The notes under the pieces: generated by a model
Database searches by the model: none
Seen by the model: only the letters and a program-made list of their open reading frames with translations
Told to the model about the DNA's origin: nothing
Assembly: GCA_963695345.1 (NCBI GenBank)
Contig: OY968769.1
Coordinates: 2,432,001 to 2,496,000, forward strand
Origin: an uncultured Methanomassiliicoccales archaeon
Lineage (GTDB): Archaea; Thermoplasmatota; Thermoplasmata; Methanomassiliicoccales; UBA472
Direction: 5' to 3'
DNA length: 64,000 nucleotides
Position numbers and translations under genes: made by a program
In this document: one piece after another, positions 1 to 9,907 of the stretch
Layout: every line of letters begins with the position of its first letter
Numbering within the stretch: position 1 is the stretch's first letter

Positions 1-1
1 C

Positions 2-1021
2 TCAAAGAGGTCGATTAGCATTGCCATAATTGGGCTTTTGTTAATTCCAACCTTGTTTCAGATGACTCTAGTATGTTCAGGAGAGGGCCAGTTTCTATTT
101 TCGGAGGATTTCGAATCATATTCTGGTGGATATTGCCCATCGGAATTCGAATTGAGAGGTACTGGAGCGGGTGTGAGTCGTCAAGTGGTCACTGAGAACT
201 ATGCCCATAGTGGTTATAGGTCATTCCAGATGCAAGGGGAGGCTGGGTCGGTTGTAAGCGTTGATCGACAATTCGTAAGCCCCAGCAATGAGAATTTGAT
301 AACTGCCCAGATCATGTCAGAAGATTACACTTACTCAAAGAATTCGGGGGGTTATTATAACACAAATATTGGAATTGGTTTCTCTTCCGTTAATGATACA
401 AAAATATTCGGATGTATATGGTTTGGCGATGATGGGAACATATACTTCGACGATGGCGAAAGTAGTATCACATTGAAGGCTTTCAACGCCTACAGTTGGT
501 ATAAATGTGATGTGTATCTCAATTCTACGAGTAATCGTGTAACTGCCTGGATTGACGACATACTTCTTGGCACAATGGACATACAACCAGAGAAACAAAT
601 TGATTGTGTTTCCATCATCGCTGGTGAATCTGGGGTCACCAGCTATATTGATGATCTCACATTATATGCATTTATCAGCAACATCAGCACCAATCATCAA
701 TCTGTTACTGATGCAAGTAATCTCTATCCCATCGTAATGATACCAATCGTGGCGTTGCTGATCGGAGTTCCAGGTCTTCTCTTGCTCCTGGAAGTAAGAT
801 CGTTCAATTCAATGCCCAAAAAGAACCTTAAGATTGAGGAAATACTAAAAGCGATTGGATTGGGATCTCCATTACTATCAATCGGTCTAGTATTGATCTT
901 GAACCATCGAACTTTTGGTGATCAGTATGGAGATATGATGATAATTGGAGGAGTTGTTACCTTGATCATAACCCTTATGATAGTTACTCATATCGTCATT
1001 CGATGGGAACATGAAGTCTAA
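2..1021 (+). CDS. Secreted/membrane protein with a concanavalin/LamG-like beta-rich domain and about 3 C-terminal TM helices (5' end outside the window)
   Basis: The frame is open from the window edge (SKRSISIAIIGLLLIP, signal-peptide-like). Motifs FSEDFESY...WYKCDV...YIDDL, then hydrophobic helices. AT-rich DNA. Confidence 0.6.
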   Translation, partial: SKRSISIAIIGLLLIPTLFQMTLVCSGEGQFLFSEDFESYSGGYCPSEFELRGTGAGVSRQVVTENYAHSGYRSFQMQGEAGSVVSVDRQFVSPSNENLITAQIMSEDYTYSKNSGGYYNTNIGIGFSSVNDTKIFGCIWFGDDGNIYFDDGESSITLKAFNAYSWYKCDVYLNSTSNRVTAWIDDILLGTMDIQPEKQIDCVSIIAGESGVTSYIDDLTLYAFISNISTNHQSVTDASNLYPIVMIPIVALLIGVPGLLLLLEVRSFNSMPKKNLKIEEILKAIGLGSPLLSIGLVLILNHRTFGDQYGDMMIIGGVVTLIITLMIVTHIVIRWEHEV

Positions 1022-1197
1022 TAGTATGTTGACCTGTTCGAAGACATCTTTCCAAAGACCTCGACCATGAATCCCAGCCAAAATCGAGAATAAGTCGGAT
1101 GTTTGAGATCGGCTATGAAAGATGAGCTGGACAAGTTATCAATTATCTTTCCTCAATAGATTTAATAATTATTCAGACCTAAATCCTATAAGAGGAC

Positions 1198-2565
1198 ATG
1201 AATGAACTCAAGCGGGCAGTGGGTTTTCCCAAGCTACTGATCTATGCCATTGGCGTGATCTTCGGAGCAGGTATCTACGCAATCATAGGGGAAGCAGCGG
1301 GAATCGCCGGACCTAGCCTCTGGCTTTCCTTTCTGCTAGCTGCTTTGGTCGCCTCTCTCACCGGCTTGAGCTATGCCGAGCTGGCCTCAATCAAGCCAAC
1401 CACGGCTTCTGAGTATCACTACGTCAAGCAAAGTTTCAACAAGCGATTTGCCTTTTTGATTGGCTGGATCCTTAATATCGTCAACACCATTGCGATCGCC
1501 ACGGTCGCCGTTGGCTTTTCTAGCTATTTCGTGGCTCTGTTCTTTCCGGGGGATTTGGGAACCGTTCTATTCAGTTCTTCTTTTCTGACCATTACCCCGG
1601 CGGTCTTCATAGCGATAATGGCCATCCTTGCGATGGCCTTGATCAACTACACTGGGATCGAGCAGTCAGCTTCTATCAATGTCGTGCTCACATTGGTAGA
1701 GACTGCGGGGTTGCTATTGATATTAGCGGTCGGTCTTGTTTACTTCGGAAACGGCGGAGCAGCCCCTAATTTGCTTGAGATGCCATTTGGATTCTCAGGT
1801 ATGTTCGGGGCTGTCGCCCTGGTTTTCTTTGCATACATCGGATTTGAAGGTCTGGTCAATCTCGGGGAGGAGGTTATTGAGCCTAAAAAGAGCATACCGA
1901 AGGCTATCGTTTATTCTTTGATCATAACAACCGTCGTGTACGTGTTGTTAGCGGTCGTAGCCATTAGCGTCGTTCCGTGGAATGAACTGGGTTCTTCCCC
2001 TGAGCCATTGACGGCTGTGGCAGAGGTTGTTCTAGGTTCGGAAGCAGGTGTTTTGCTTTCCTTCATAGCCTTGTTCGCGACCATCAACACCGTTCTTATA
2101 ATGATAACGGCCAACTCTCGTTTCTTGTATGGTATGGCAAAGGACAAGATCCTACCTTCTTTCCTGATAAAAGTAAGTGAGAAACGTAGGACTCCTTTCA
2201 ATGCAATAATCGTCGTTGCCACTGTCGGCTGCTTGTTCGTTCTGGTAAAAGATATCGGAACGCTTGCTGAGATGACCACACTAGGGATTTTTGTTGTTTT
2301 TGCAATGATAAATGCTTCTTTGATTAAGATGAGGATCAAGGATGACCTTCCGGAAGACCGGTTCAAGAGCCCGGTTAACATCGGCAAGTTCCCTTTGTTG
2401 GCTTTTTTTGGTCTTGTTTCCTGCATTTGGATGATTGGGACCTTTCTCATAAAACTCACTCCACAGGGGGTTTCGGTTGATTTTTCGAGCCCTGCTCTTA
2501 TTTTTTTAGTAATTGAAATGATATCTGGCTTTATTGCCTACGAAATATTGAAGGAAAAATCGTGA
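1198..2565 (+). CDS. APC-family amino acid permease
   Basis: GVIFGAGIY (TM1), SYAELAS and FFAYIGFE (TM6) motifs; about 12 TM helices. Confidence 0.92.
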   Translation: MNELKRAVGFPKLLIYAIGVIFGAGIYAIIGEAAGIAGPSLWLSFLLAALVASLTGLSYAELASIKPTTASEYHYVKQSFNKRFAFLIGWILNIVNTIAIATVAVGFSSYFVALFFPGDLGTVLFSSSFLTITPAVFIAIMAILAMALINYTGIEQSASINVVLTLVETAGLLLILAVGLVYFGNGGAAPNLLEMPFGFSGMFGAVALVFFAYIGFEGLVNLGEEVIEPKKSIPKAIVYSLIITTVVYVLLAVVAISVVPWNELGSSPEPLTAVAEVVLGSEAGVLLSFIALFATINTVLIMITANSRFLYGMAKDKILPSFLIKVSEKRRTPFNAIIVVATVGCLFVLVKDIGTLAEMTTLGIFVVFAMINASLIKMRIKDDLPEDRFKSPVNIGKFPLLAFFGLVSCIWMIGTFLIKLTPQGVSVDFSSPALIFLVIEMISGFIAYEILKEKS

Positions 2566-2589
2566 GGAAGCATTCTGGATCTCCACCAT

Positions 2590-2957
2590 CACGTTAATTT
2601 TTTGAACTTTGAAGGGGAGTTCCTGTCCTGGGTCGCGTTCGTGACACGGTTCGGGAACAGCTGAATTTCTGTCGAGCGGCCAGCTGTCCCTCCCTTCAGG
2701 GAACTCGATTCGGATATCGTGCTGCTCCAGGTCGAGGTCTCGGATGCGGCTCATGTGAATATCTGGAAGGCGTCTCACGGTCACTAAATATGGCGTGAAT
2801 GCCTCCCGGATCATTTATCTGCGCCAATCGATATCAAATTCGCTGAGGCCTCGAGCATCTTCTGCAGGTTCTTATCCTTGAAGGTGCGGATCGTTTCATC
2901 AATCTCCTCAGGCATCCTGAACCCTTTGGGTTTCAGCTCTTCCCCAATGACAATCAT
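2590..2957 (-). pseudogene. Degenerate tyrosine recombinase (integrase) fragment
   Basis: The minus strand reads PEEIDETIRTFKDKNLQKMLEAS...stop/shift...YLVTVRRLPDIHMSRIRDLDLEQHDIRIEFPEGRDSW. This resembles the TGLRxxE..L...DLD....I....PKG segment of integrases, with the catalytic residues decayed. Confidence 0.4.
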
Positions 2958-3013
2958 GATATACTCGTCAAGTCCAATTGAAATGGATGATTTTTTGGAG
3001 GAGAGTGTAAAAC

Positions 3014-3799
3014 ATGGTAAAATTTGCTGACGTTCCAGATGAACAAAAGTTCACCAAATTGAGGCGTTTCAACCTGATCGCAGGTTTCTTGCACCTCATT
3101 CAGGCGATGGTAATGCTTGTGATCGCTAACTATGCCGTGAAGATGTACTTCACCACTTCATATTACGATGCGACGAACGGATTTCCTCCTACCATTGCTT
3201 CAAACCCCAGTCAGTTCTTCTCCGTACCGCTCGGTCCCATGGTTGCGGCGTTCCTGATAATGTCTGCCATCGCGCATTTCTGTGTATCGACGTTCGGTTA
3301 TAGCTGGTATGTAAAGAACCTCAAGATGAACATCAACAAGGCGAGATGGTTCGAATATGCGGTCTCCTCTTCGTTCATGTTGATCGTCATCGCCTGGCTA
3401 TGCGGCATGTGGGACTTCGTCTCCATAATGCTGCTGTTCTCTCTGAATGCCTGCATGAACCTGTTCGGTTACATGATGGAGCTGCATAACCAGACAACGG
3501 AAAAGACCAATTGGACCTCCTTCATATTCGGTTGCTTCGCCGGTCTGGTCCCCTGGATCGCCTTGATGATGTACTTCACTGGCGTAAGGGGAGGAAGTCC
3601 TCCGCTATTCGTATATGGAATCATAATATCCATTGCCTTCTTCTTCAACATCTTCGCGGTGAACATGCTGCTCCAGTACAGGAAGAAGGGGAAGTTCAAG
3701 GACTACCTTTATGGCGAGTACCTATACATCGTCCTGAGCTTGGTGGCTAAAACTGCCTTGGCATGGCAAGTGTTTGCCGGTACCTTGCGCGGTGGTTGA
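3014..3799 (+). CDS. Heliorhodopsin (HeR)
   Basis: 7 TM helices; LRRFNL..GFLHLIQ, SAIAH, RWFEYAVSSS (counterion Glu) and LSLVAKTALAW (retinal Schiff-base Lys in the SLVAK motif). Confidence 0.95.
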   Translation: MVKFADVPDEQKFTKLRRFNLIAGFLHLIQAMVMLVIANYAVKMYFTTSYYDATNGFPPTIASNPSQFFSVPLGPMVAAFLIMSAIAHFCVSTFGYSWYVKNLKMNINKARWFEYAVSSSFMLIVIAWLCGMWDFVSIMLLFSLNACMNLFGYMMELHNQTTEKTNWTSFIFGCFAGLVPWIALMMYFTGVRGGSPPLFVYGIIISIAFFFNIFAVNMLLQYRKKGKFKDYLYGEYLYIVLSLVAKTALAWQVFAGTLRGG

Positions 3800-3805
3800 A
3801 AACCT

Positions 3806-3824
3806 CTTTCATCCTTTTTTTATT
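3806..3824 (+). terminator. Archaeal oligo-T terminator after the heliorhodopsin gene
   Basis: ctttcatcctttttttatt directly after the stop codon. Confidence 0.5.
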
Positions 3825-4097
3825 CCGGCTGGTAACGGTCAATTCGACCGAAGCTGGCCAATTTTTATTCATCCAGGATCGAGACTGCTCCATGACCGCC
3901 GCATATTGGTAGGTGTTTTTTCTTCCACGTTTTTTTAACCGCCCATCTTTCAGAAGCTGAATGAATATCCTATTCAAGATAAAACGGGATGTTTCTGGCT
4001 CCGGGCATAGCAATTTCTGTGACAAGGTCAGTGCGCGTTTAAGTCCGACTGAGAAGCGTCGTTCGATTCAAATATCATAAGAAAGCTAAAGCACTAA

Positions 4098-5390
4098 ATG
4101 CGATGCGAAAAGGGCTCTCCTTGGATAATGGAGATGGACAATGATCTGCGTTTTCCCGTGCTGGACCATGACCTCGAGGTGGATGTGGTCATCGTGGGAG
4201 GGGGGATTGCAGGCATGTCCACCGCCTACTACCTAGCGCAAGGGTCCGAACTTCGGGTCGCAGTGCTGGAAAAGAACCGGATCGGCCAAGGCTCTAGCGG
4301 CCGCAACGCAGGGCAGGGTTTGGCCGTTCTGGAGAAAAGCTTCGCCGACCTCATCAAGGATCACGATGGAGAACTTATCGCGGATATTCTGAACCAGCTG
4401 GAATCAGGCCATAAGCTCCTACGTGAGCTGTGCCAGGAGGTAGGCCATCGACCCGAGCCGATAGAGGGCGTGGTCTGGACTGGCCTCTCTGGCATCGAAG
4501 AGGTCAACGGCGCCTTGATCGAGCTGGAGCTGCGTCAAAGGTTCAAAGCGCCCTTACAATCACTATTTGTGGCGGAAGAGATCGTAGGGGGGCTACAAAT
4601 CCACTCCTCAATTAAGGACCTGGTGTCGACGGAGAAGGCTCGGCGGCTGCAGGAGGTGCTACGCACTAAGGATGACTATCTGGCCGCCTTCGCCTCCCCG
4701 GTCTCGCTGGTCAACAGCGGGAAGCTCTGTCAGTCCGTCGCCAGATATCTCATGCGCGAGCACTTCGGACGAATCGCTATCTTCGAAGGCAGCGCCGTAG
4801 AGGGGATCGATGGAGGGCCTGGACTCAGGGCACGGCTCGGAAGAAACAGCGTATCCGCGAGGGCGGTGGTGCTCTGTACCAACGGCTATCCGCTACCGCG
4901 TATTTCATCTGGCATGTTTCAGAAATCCACCGCCTCGCTCAAGCAGTATCTGGCATCCATGGTGGCATACGAACCCGCGGACAGACGGAGACCGGAGGCT
5001 TTCATCTATTACCATGAGGATGGTGACCCGCGCGAGGAGCCTTATTTCTACTTCACCCGAAGGCCTTTCGACGTGACCGGAAAAGATCTGATCGCAGTCG
5101 GAGGCCCCCAATTGCAGGTCGTAGGAGACCTAGATCAGGAGGCGGAGCTGCCGGAAGGAGTCTACGGTCGAATCGACGAATTCATCAAACGTTCTTCCCT
5201 CGACCCTCTGATGAACAGCAAGGCGAGGTGCTGGAATGGGCTGATGGCCTACACATCGGACAGTCTCAGATTGGTCGGGCCCGATCCTGAGGTGAAAGGT
5301 CTATGGTATAACCTCGGCTGCAACGGCGTAGGCTTGCTGCCCTCCTTGGTATCGGGGCGAAAGTTAGCAAGGCAGCTGGAATATCTTTAA
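4098..5390 (+). CDS. FAD-dependent oxidoreductase (DadA/PuuB-like, DAO family)
   Basis: VDVVIVGGGIAG Rossmann motif, GSSGRNAG, C-terminal LGCNGVG. Confidence 0.85.
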   Translation: MRCEKGSPWIMEMDNDLRFPVLDHDLEVDVVIVGGGIAGMSTAYYLAQGSELRVAVLEKNRIGQGSSGRNAGQGLAVLEKSFADLIKDHDGELIADILNQLESGHKLLRELCQEVGHRPEPIEGVVWTGLSGIEEVNGALIELELRQRFKAPLQSLFVAEEIVGGLQIHSSIKDLVSTEKARRLQEVLRTKDDYLAAFASPVSLVNSGKLCQSVARYLMREHFGRIAIFEGSAVEGIDGGPGLRARLGRNSVSARAVVLCTNGYPLPRISSGMFQKSTASLKQYLASMVAYEPADRRRPEAFIYYHEDGDPREEPYFYFTRRPFDVTGKDLIAVGGPQLQVVGDLDQEAELPEGVYGRIDEFIKRSSLDPLMNSKARCWNGLMAYTSDSLRLVGPDPEVKGLWYNLGCNGVGLLPSLVSGRKLARQLEYL

Positions 5391-5415
5391 GCATTCACAA
5401 ATCAGACCATGGTGC

Positions 5416-6123
5416 ATGGAGAATGCAGTGGATCGCTTCCTTAACCAGATCAAACTTAACTGGAAATTGAAGGTCGCGATCGTTGCTACTTGTCTCATCG
5501 AGCTAATGATCATCGGATCCAGCAATGTGGAGAAGTTCGGACCCATACTCGCCTACTGCTATGGCTCTATTCCCTTCGGATTCATAATCACAAAATTCTG
5601 GACCGGGAAGGACCTCTCCGCTGAGGGGTCCACCAACGTGGGTATGGCTAACTCCTATAACGTCGGAGGCATGGTCCCGGCCATCATTACTGTCACAGGG
5701 GAGATATCCAAAGCATTGGTCCCATTGGCCGTCTCCTATCTCTTCTTCGACTTCTCCCTTACCATCTCCTGCGCCCTGTTGGTCGGCTGCTACCTGGGAA
5801 CCAACTTCTCCATATTCCTCAATGGCAAGGGTGGGATGGGGACGACGATGATGCTCTGGTCCTTGATCTTCCTCTCTCCCTTCTCCGCCCTGGCATTACT
5901 CATCTTCATGGCCATCACTATGAAGCTGATGAAAGACTCCTACCATATGGCCCTGCTGAACTACGCGGTCGGGCCATTCCTAGTTGCCATCATCGACCAA
6001 CGCTTGGTGCTCATAGCCTTCGTCACCTTCGCCGCCTTCATCTATCTCATTAAACTGAAGCCGGACATGGACGATTTCGGTGTACGAAAAAGAATGATGC
6101 ATGGCCGGAGAAAGTCCTCATGA
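5416..6123 (+). CDS. PlsY-like (glycerol-3-phosphate acyltransferase family) membrane protein, catalytically divergent
   Basis: YCYGSIPFG...DLSAEGSTNVGMAN and SIFLNGKGGMG match PlsY motifs 1 and 2. Motif 3 (HxxN) is absent. Confidence 0.8.
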   Translation: MENAVDRFLNQIKLNWKLKVAIVATCLIELMIIGSSNVEKFGPILAYCYGSIPFGFIITKFWTGKDLSAEGSTNVGMANSYNVGGMVPAIITVTGEISKALVPLAVSYLFFDFSLTISCALLVGCYLGTNFSIFLNGKGGMGTTMMLWSLIFLSPFSALALLIFMAITMKLMKDSYHMALLNYAVGPFLVAIIDQRLVLIAFVTFAAFIYLIKLKPDMDDFGVRKRMMHGRRKSS

Positions 6124-8478
6124 GATCTTCTCCACCCGTACCTGCCCGCTGTACCCATCGACCACGATGATGCTACCCTCCGGTATGCTCATGGCGTCCT
6201 TCACCGATACGACAGCCGGTATTCCACACTCGCGAGCCACAATGGATGAGTGAGACAGCATACCTCCCGATTCCGATAGGACCGCTCCCGCCTTAGCGAA
6301 AATGCTGCTCCAGCTTACATCGCTGAACGGTATCACGATGACGTCACCCTTTTGCACCGAAGGGAAGTCAGCCAAGCCCCGCACCATCCTGGCCGGACCT
6401 CTATAATAACCACCCGAGCTCGCTATGCCGCGCAGGGATAGCGCATCAAAGCTTTGGAACGGTGGCTCTTCCTCCCCGAAGATCAGCTCGGGTAGACAGA
6501 CATTTTCGCTCCTGGACATCTCCAATTTTCGAGAGACGATCAGTGTCTTAAGGTCGTCGCAAGCGTCCATCTTCAGCGCTTTCCGCAGTTCCTCCAAGTA
6601 AAGATAGAAGATATCATCTGGTCGCTCTAGCAGACCTCTTTGCGATAACCTTGATCCGAGGGACAGGAAGTAGCGGCGGAATATGCCATACCCCTTGGTA
6701 TAGGTGGAGCTCATTCGCTCTCGAAGGTCAGAAAACAATGCCGCCCTCCGCCCGATGCCCTCAACATAAGTTCTGGACATCAATGACAGGTGCAGCTCTG
6801 AAAGCTCCTTCTTTTTATCCCTCGACCTGTCTTGAGGCTCCGCAATCATGATCAGCCTCCAGACCACCTCGGGTTGCTCCCGCCACGGCGACCTGCTGAA
6901 ATCGTTCCCGCTCTCACTGTAATGGCCGAACCTCTGGATGTGCGCATCGAACTCCTGGCGCAAAGCGGTTGCCGTCGGCTCATCGCTCAGACCCGTGTAT
7001 CCGATCTTGGCCAGTCTATCTTTGGCACCTTGGTCCAATGAGTCATACAGGTTCCTCATTCGCTCGATACCTTCGTGTGGGTATGTGTTCACAGAGCGCT
7101 CGTTCATTGAGAGCCATTCCACCTTGTCCACCGGCACCTCATATCGCTTCAGCGTTCTCTTAGCCATGCGATCGAACATCATAGCGAAGAGGATGGATAG
7201 AATGTTGTAGTAGACCGCTCTGCGATCATACTGGAATAACGAGTCTACCTTGGCTATGAGCTCAGTCTCCGAAAGGCCGGACAGCTCCTCCGCCACCAAC
7301 ATGTCGTAGTAGGGTTCAGCCTGTTCGATGAAGTCGTTGACCTCGTGCCTTACGTTCAACTTCTTCAGGGCCCAAAATGACATTCGCGGTGTCAGAGCGA
7401 GCATTTTGGGGTTAATTCTGAAGCGCAGCCCTTTCTGCCCAGACATCATCATCTCCAACGACTCCCGTGGTAGCCCCATCTGCTGGAAGACCTTGCCCGC
7501 CTCGCTCATGTTGAAGTAGGCGCGATAGTGGAAAGGTTTGGCCAAGGTCAGTGGATCCATGTCCCTGACCCCGGTCAGCTCCTTGAAAATGCGCACCCAG
7601 GCACCGTTCACCAGAGGGATGTTAACGCTCCAGACCAGGGGCTTAATCTGCCCTGGGAGCATCTCTTTGGCCAGGCGATTGGAATACATGGTCTTGCGCT
7701 GCACCTCATGCACCGGACGCACCTGCACCCACCACACCTTACTACCATCGAACACCCATTCCATGTCCAGGTCGAACTTCAACTGATCCCTGAACTGTTT
7801 GGTCTCCTTGGCCACCTGAGCGAGTAGCTCGGCGGGGATTCCATCCTCCGTTCCCGTGACCACGCCGTCCTCCCAGCGAGCTGTATCAGTACCTTTCTGT
7901 ACTAGCAGCTCCCCGCTCCCCCGCACCGCTTCCACCACCGGTCTGGAGATACCTGTGATCGGGTTGAGGCTGAACGATACGCCCGACACCTCTTGTCGGA
8001 CCATCTCCTGGATCACCACGGCCATCAACACCTTTTGCTCTGACTTCCCGGACCGGTCCATGTAGCTTATGACATCATCTTCCTGTGATGAGCCCCAGAC
8101 CTTGAGGATGGCATCGAGCAATGCTTCGGTCCCGGTGACATTCAATATCGACCGGAACTGCCCCGCGAAGGAAACGGAACTTAGGTCCTCAACGTTGGCG
8201 CTTGACCTCACTGCGAACGCAGTTTTCTTAGGCAGCTTCCATTCTAGCTCTGCCCTCAGTTGAGCCATCGTACCTTTTCGGTCTCTTAATTGATCTTCAT
8301 AAGCGGGTATTATAACGACCCAGCCCCTTGGCACAGGGGCACCCAGCTGTATCAGAGTGGCTAGACCTGTCGCCTTGGACCCGACCAAGGACCGATCGAT
8401 GCCTGGCTTAATCTCGATTAGTATCTCATTGCCAACTGCGGTCGGCGAATCCTTCCCATTGAGCATACGAGAGGGCAC
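6118..8478 (-). CDS. PEP-utilising/dikinase-family enzyme with RPH/PigC-type architecture
   Basis: N-terminal ATP-grasp (VGSKA, AVRSSANVED..SFAGQ, IQEMV, DMEW..WVQVRP), central helical domain, C-terminal phospho-His swivel domain (GGMLSHSSIVARECGIP). Confidence 0.88.
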   Translation of the reverse strand: MPSRMLNGKDSPTAVGNEILIEIKPGIDRSLVGSKATGLATLIQLGAPVPRGWVVIIPAYEDQLRDRKGTMAQLRAELEWKLPKKTAFAVRSSANVEDLSSVSFAGQFRSILNVTGTEALLDAILKVWGSSQEDDVISYMDRSGKSEQKVLMAVVIQEMVRQEVSGVSFSLNPITGISRPVVEAVRGSGELLVQKGTDTARWEDGVVTGTEDGIPAELLAQVAKETKQFRDQLKFDLDMEWVFDGSKVWWVQVRPVHEVQRKTMYSNRLAKEMLPGQIKPLVWSVNIPLVNGAWVRIFKELTGVRDMDPLTLAKPFHYRAYFNMSEAGKVFQQMGLPRESLEMMMSGQKGLRFRINPKMLALTPRMSFWALKKLNVRHEVNDFIEQAEPYYDMLVAEELSGLSETELIAKVDSLFQYDRRAVYYNILSILFAMMFDRMAKRTLKRYEVPVDKVEWLSMNERSVNTYPHEGIERMRNLYDSLDQGAKDRLAKIGYTGLSDEPTATALRQEFDAHIQRFGHYSESGNDFSRSPWREQPEVVWRLIMIAEPQDRSRDKKKELSELHLSLMSRTYVEGIGRRAALFSDLRERMSSTYTKGYGIFRRYFLSLGSRLSQRGLLERPDDIFYLYLEELRKALKMDACDDLKTLIVSRKLEMSRSENVCLPELIFGEEEPPFQSFDALSLRGIASSGGYYRGPARMVRGLADFPSVQKGDVIVIPFSDVSWSSIFAKAGAVLSESGGMLSHSSIVARECGIPAVVSVKDAMSIPEGSIIVVDGYSGQVRVEKIS

Positions 8479-8700
8479 GCCTTGATACTAGTCATCTTTA
8501 GAAATAAAATGATTCACTTGTCTGGTCTTAAAAGAACCCATGGCATGTCGTCCAATTCTTTGATGATATTCCTTATGAAAATCGCTCGACTGAATTAGAG
8601 TCCAGATAGTCACCAACCAGAATCACTATTGATAATCAAATAGGAAGTCTAATGATATGCAAAAGGCCTTCAAAAATTAGGGTTTGAATAGGTGTCAATC

Positions 8701-8868
8701 ATGGTCCATATGAAGGTCGGTTGCAAGTTCTGCCATAACACGGGAAAGGTAAGTCAGGTAACATCGAACGGAACCAGAACGGAGATCTGTTTCATGTGCC
8801 ATGGACGAGGCTTCACCGTAATGACGATCCGTCAGAACCAGTGCGCCGCGGTCGAAACGACCGGCTAA
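8701..8868 (+). CDS. 55-aa DnaJ-type zinc-finger microprotein (not in the ORF track)
   Basis: MVHMKVGCKFCHNTGKV...ICFMCHGRGF has two CxxCxxxG repeats. AGGTG RBS upstream; hairpin at 8897-8915 downstream. Confidence 0.7.
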   Translation: MVHMKVGCKFCHNTGKVSQVTSNGTRTEICFMCHGRGFTVMTIRQNQCAAVETTG

Positions 8869-9000
8869 ACCTCTCCAACAATCCTATTGTTTTACAATCA
8901 GGGGTTCGCCCTGATATCTTCATCTGAATGTCTAATAGTCATTCACTTTTGAACTCGTCGTTTTGAAATGCATATGGTGACGAGTCCCAAAATGAGGTTC

Positions 9001-9786
9001 TCATGACCAGGCCCACCATCGGTCATCATGCTGACATATCCTGACTGGCACCCTGAAAAGACTGGTGAGGTTCTTCTCATTGATCGCTTCAATCCCTTCG
9101 TCCAGGAAGATCTTGCCGTTCTTGACCATGACCACCCTGTCTATCTCGGGTATGATATCCGAAGGATCTTGCGTTACCATGATGAGGGCCTTTCCCTGAT
9201 TCACCGACCTGCGCATGGCCTCCCTTACAAGATGCTTCCCGGTAAGGTCCAATCCGTTCATCGGTTCGTCGAGTATCAGGGCTTCCGGCTCGTTCACCAA
9301 TGCGCGGGCCATGATGACCCTCCTTGCTTCACCCATCGACATTACCGACATAGGCTTCTTGGCCATTCGTTCAGACCCTACGACCGCCAGCGCCCCTCTC
9401 GCCCTCCGGCCCATCTCCCGGGTGACATTCTGCGATCGGTTCGTCCCTATCGAACCAAAGAATCCGGAAAGGACCACATCTAGCCCGTCCATATCCCGCC
9501 TGAAATCGTTCTGGACCTCACCAGAGACCAGTCCGAAGGCCCGATGGACATCATGGATGTCCCAGTATTCCGAACCCAGTATCTTGACATAGGAACGCTC
9601 GTTGGTGGTGTCATGTCGGTACTCCCCGGTAAAGGTCTTGATGAGCGATGATTTTCCGGAACCGTTTGGGCCTAGGATCACCAATCGTTCACCTGCCTCG
9701 ATCTTGAGCGTGATGTCCCTCAGTATCTTCGAATCGCCTTTGGAGATCGTGACCCTGTGCAATTCAATTATCGGTTCCGAGGACAT
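9001..9786 (-). CDS. ABC transporter ATP-binding protein (ModF/YlmA-like), orphan
   Basis: Walker A GPNGSGKS, signature MSMGE, Walker B LILDEP. Confidence 0.88.
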   Translation of the reverse strand: MSSEPIIELHRVTISKGDSKILRDITLKIEAGERLVILGPNGSGKSSLIKTFTGEYRHDTTNERSYVKILGSEYWDIHDVHRAFGLVSGEVQNDFRRDMDGLDVVLSGFFGSIGTNRSQNVTREMGRRARGALAVVGSERMAKKPMSVMSMGEARRVIMARALVNEPEALILDEPMNGLDLTGKHLVREAMRRSVNQGKALIMVTQDPSDIIPEIDRVVMVKNGKIFLDEGIEAINEKNLTSLFRVPVRICQHDDRWWAWS

Positions 9787-9907
9787 CAGCCCTTCAATCC
9801 AGAATGGATATTTCAGGGTGTTGAATGGAAGGGTCAGGGTTCTTAGATTGAAGTTAAACTATAGTAACTGAACACTTCCGTCTGATCCGGTGTTGGTGGT
9901 CGGAGGT

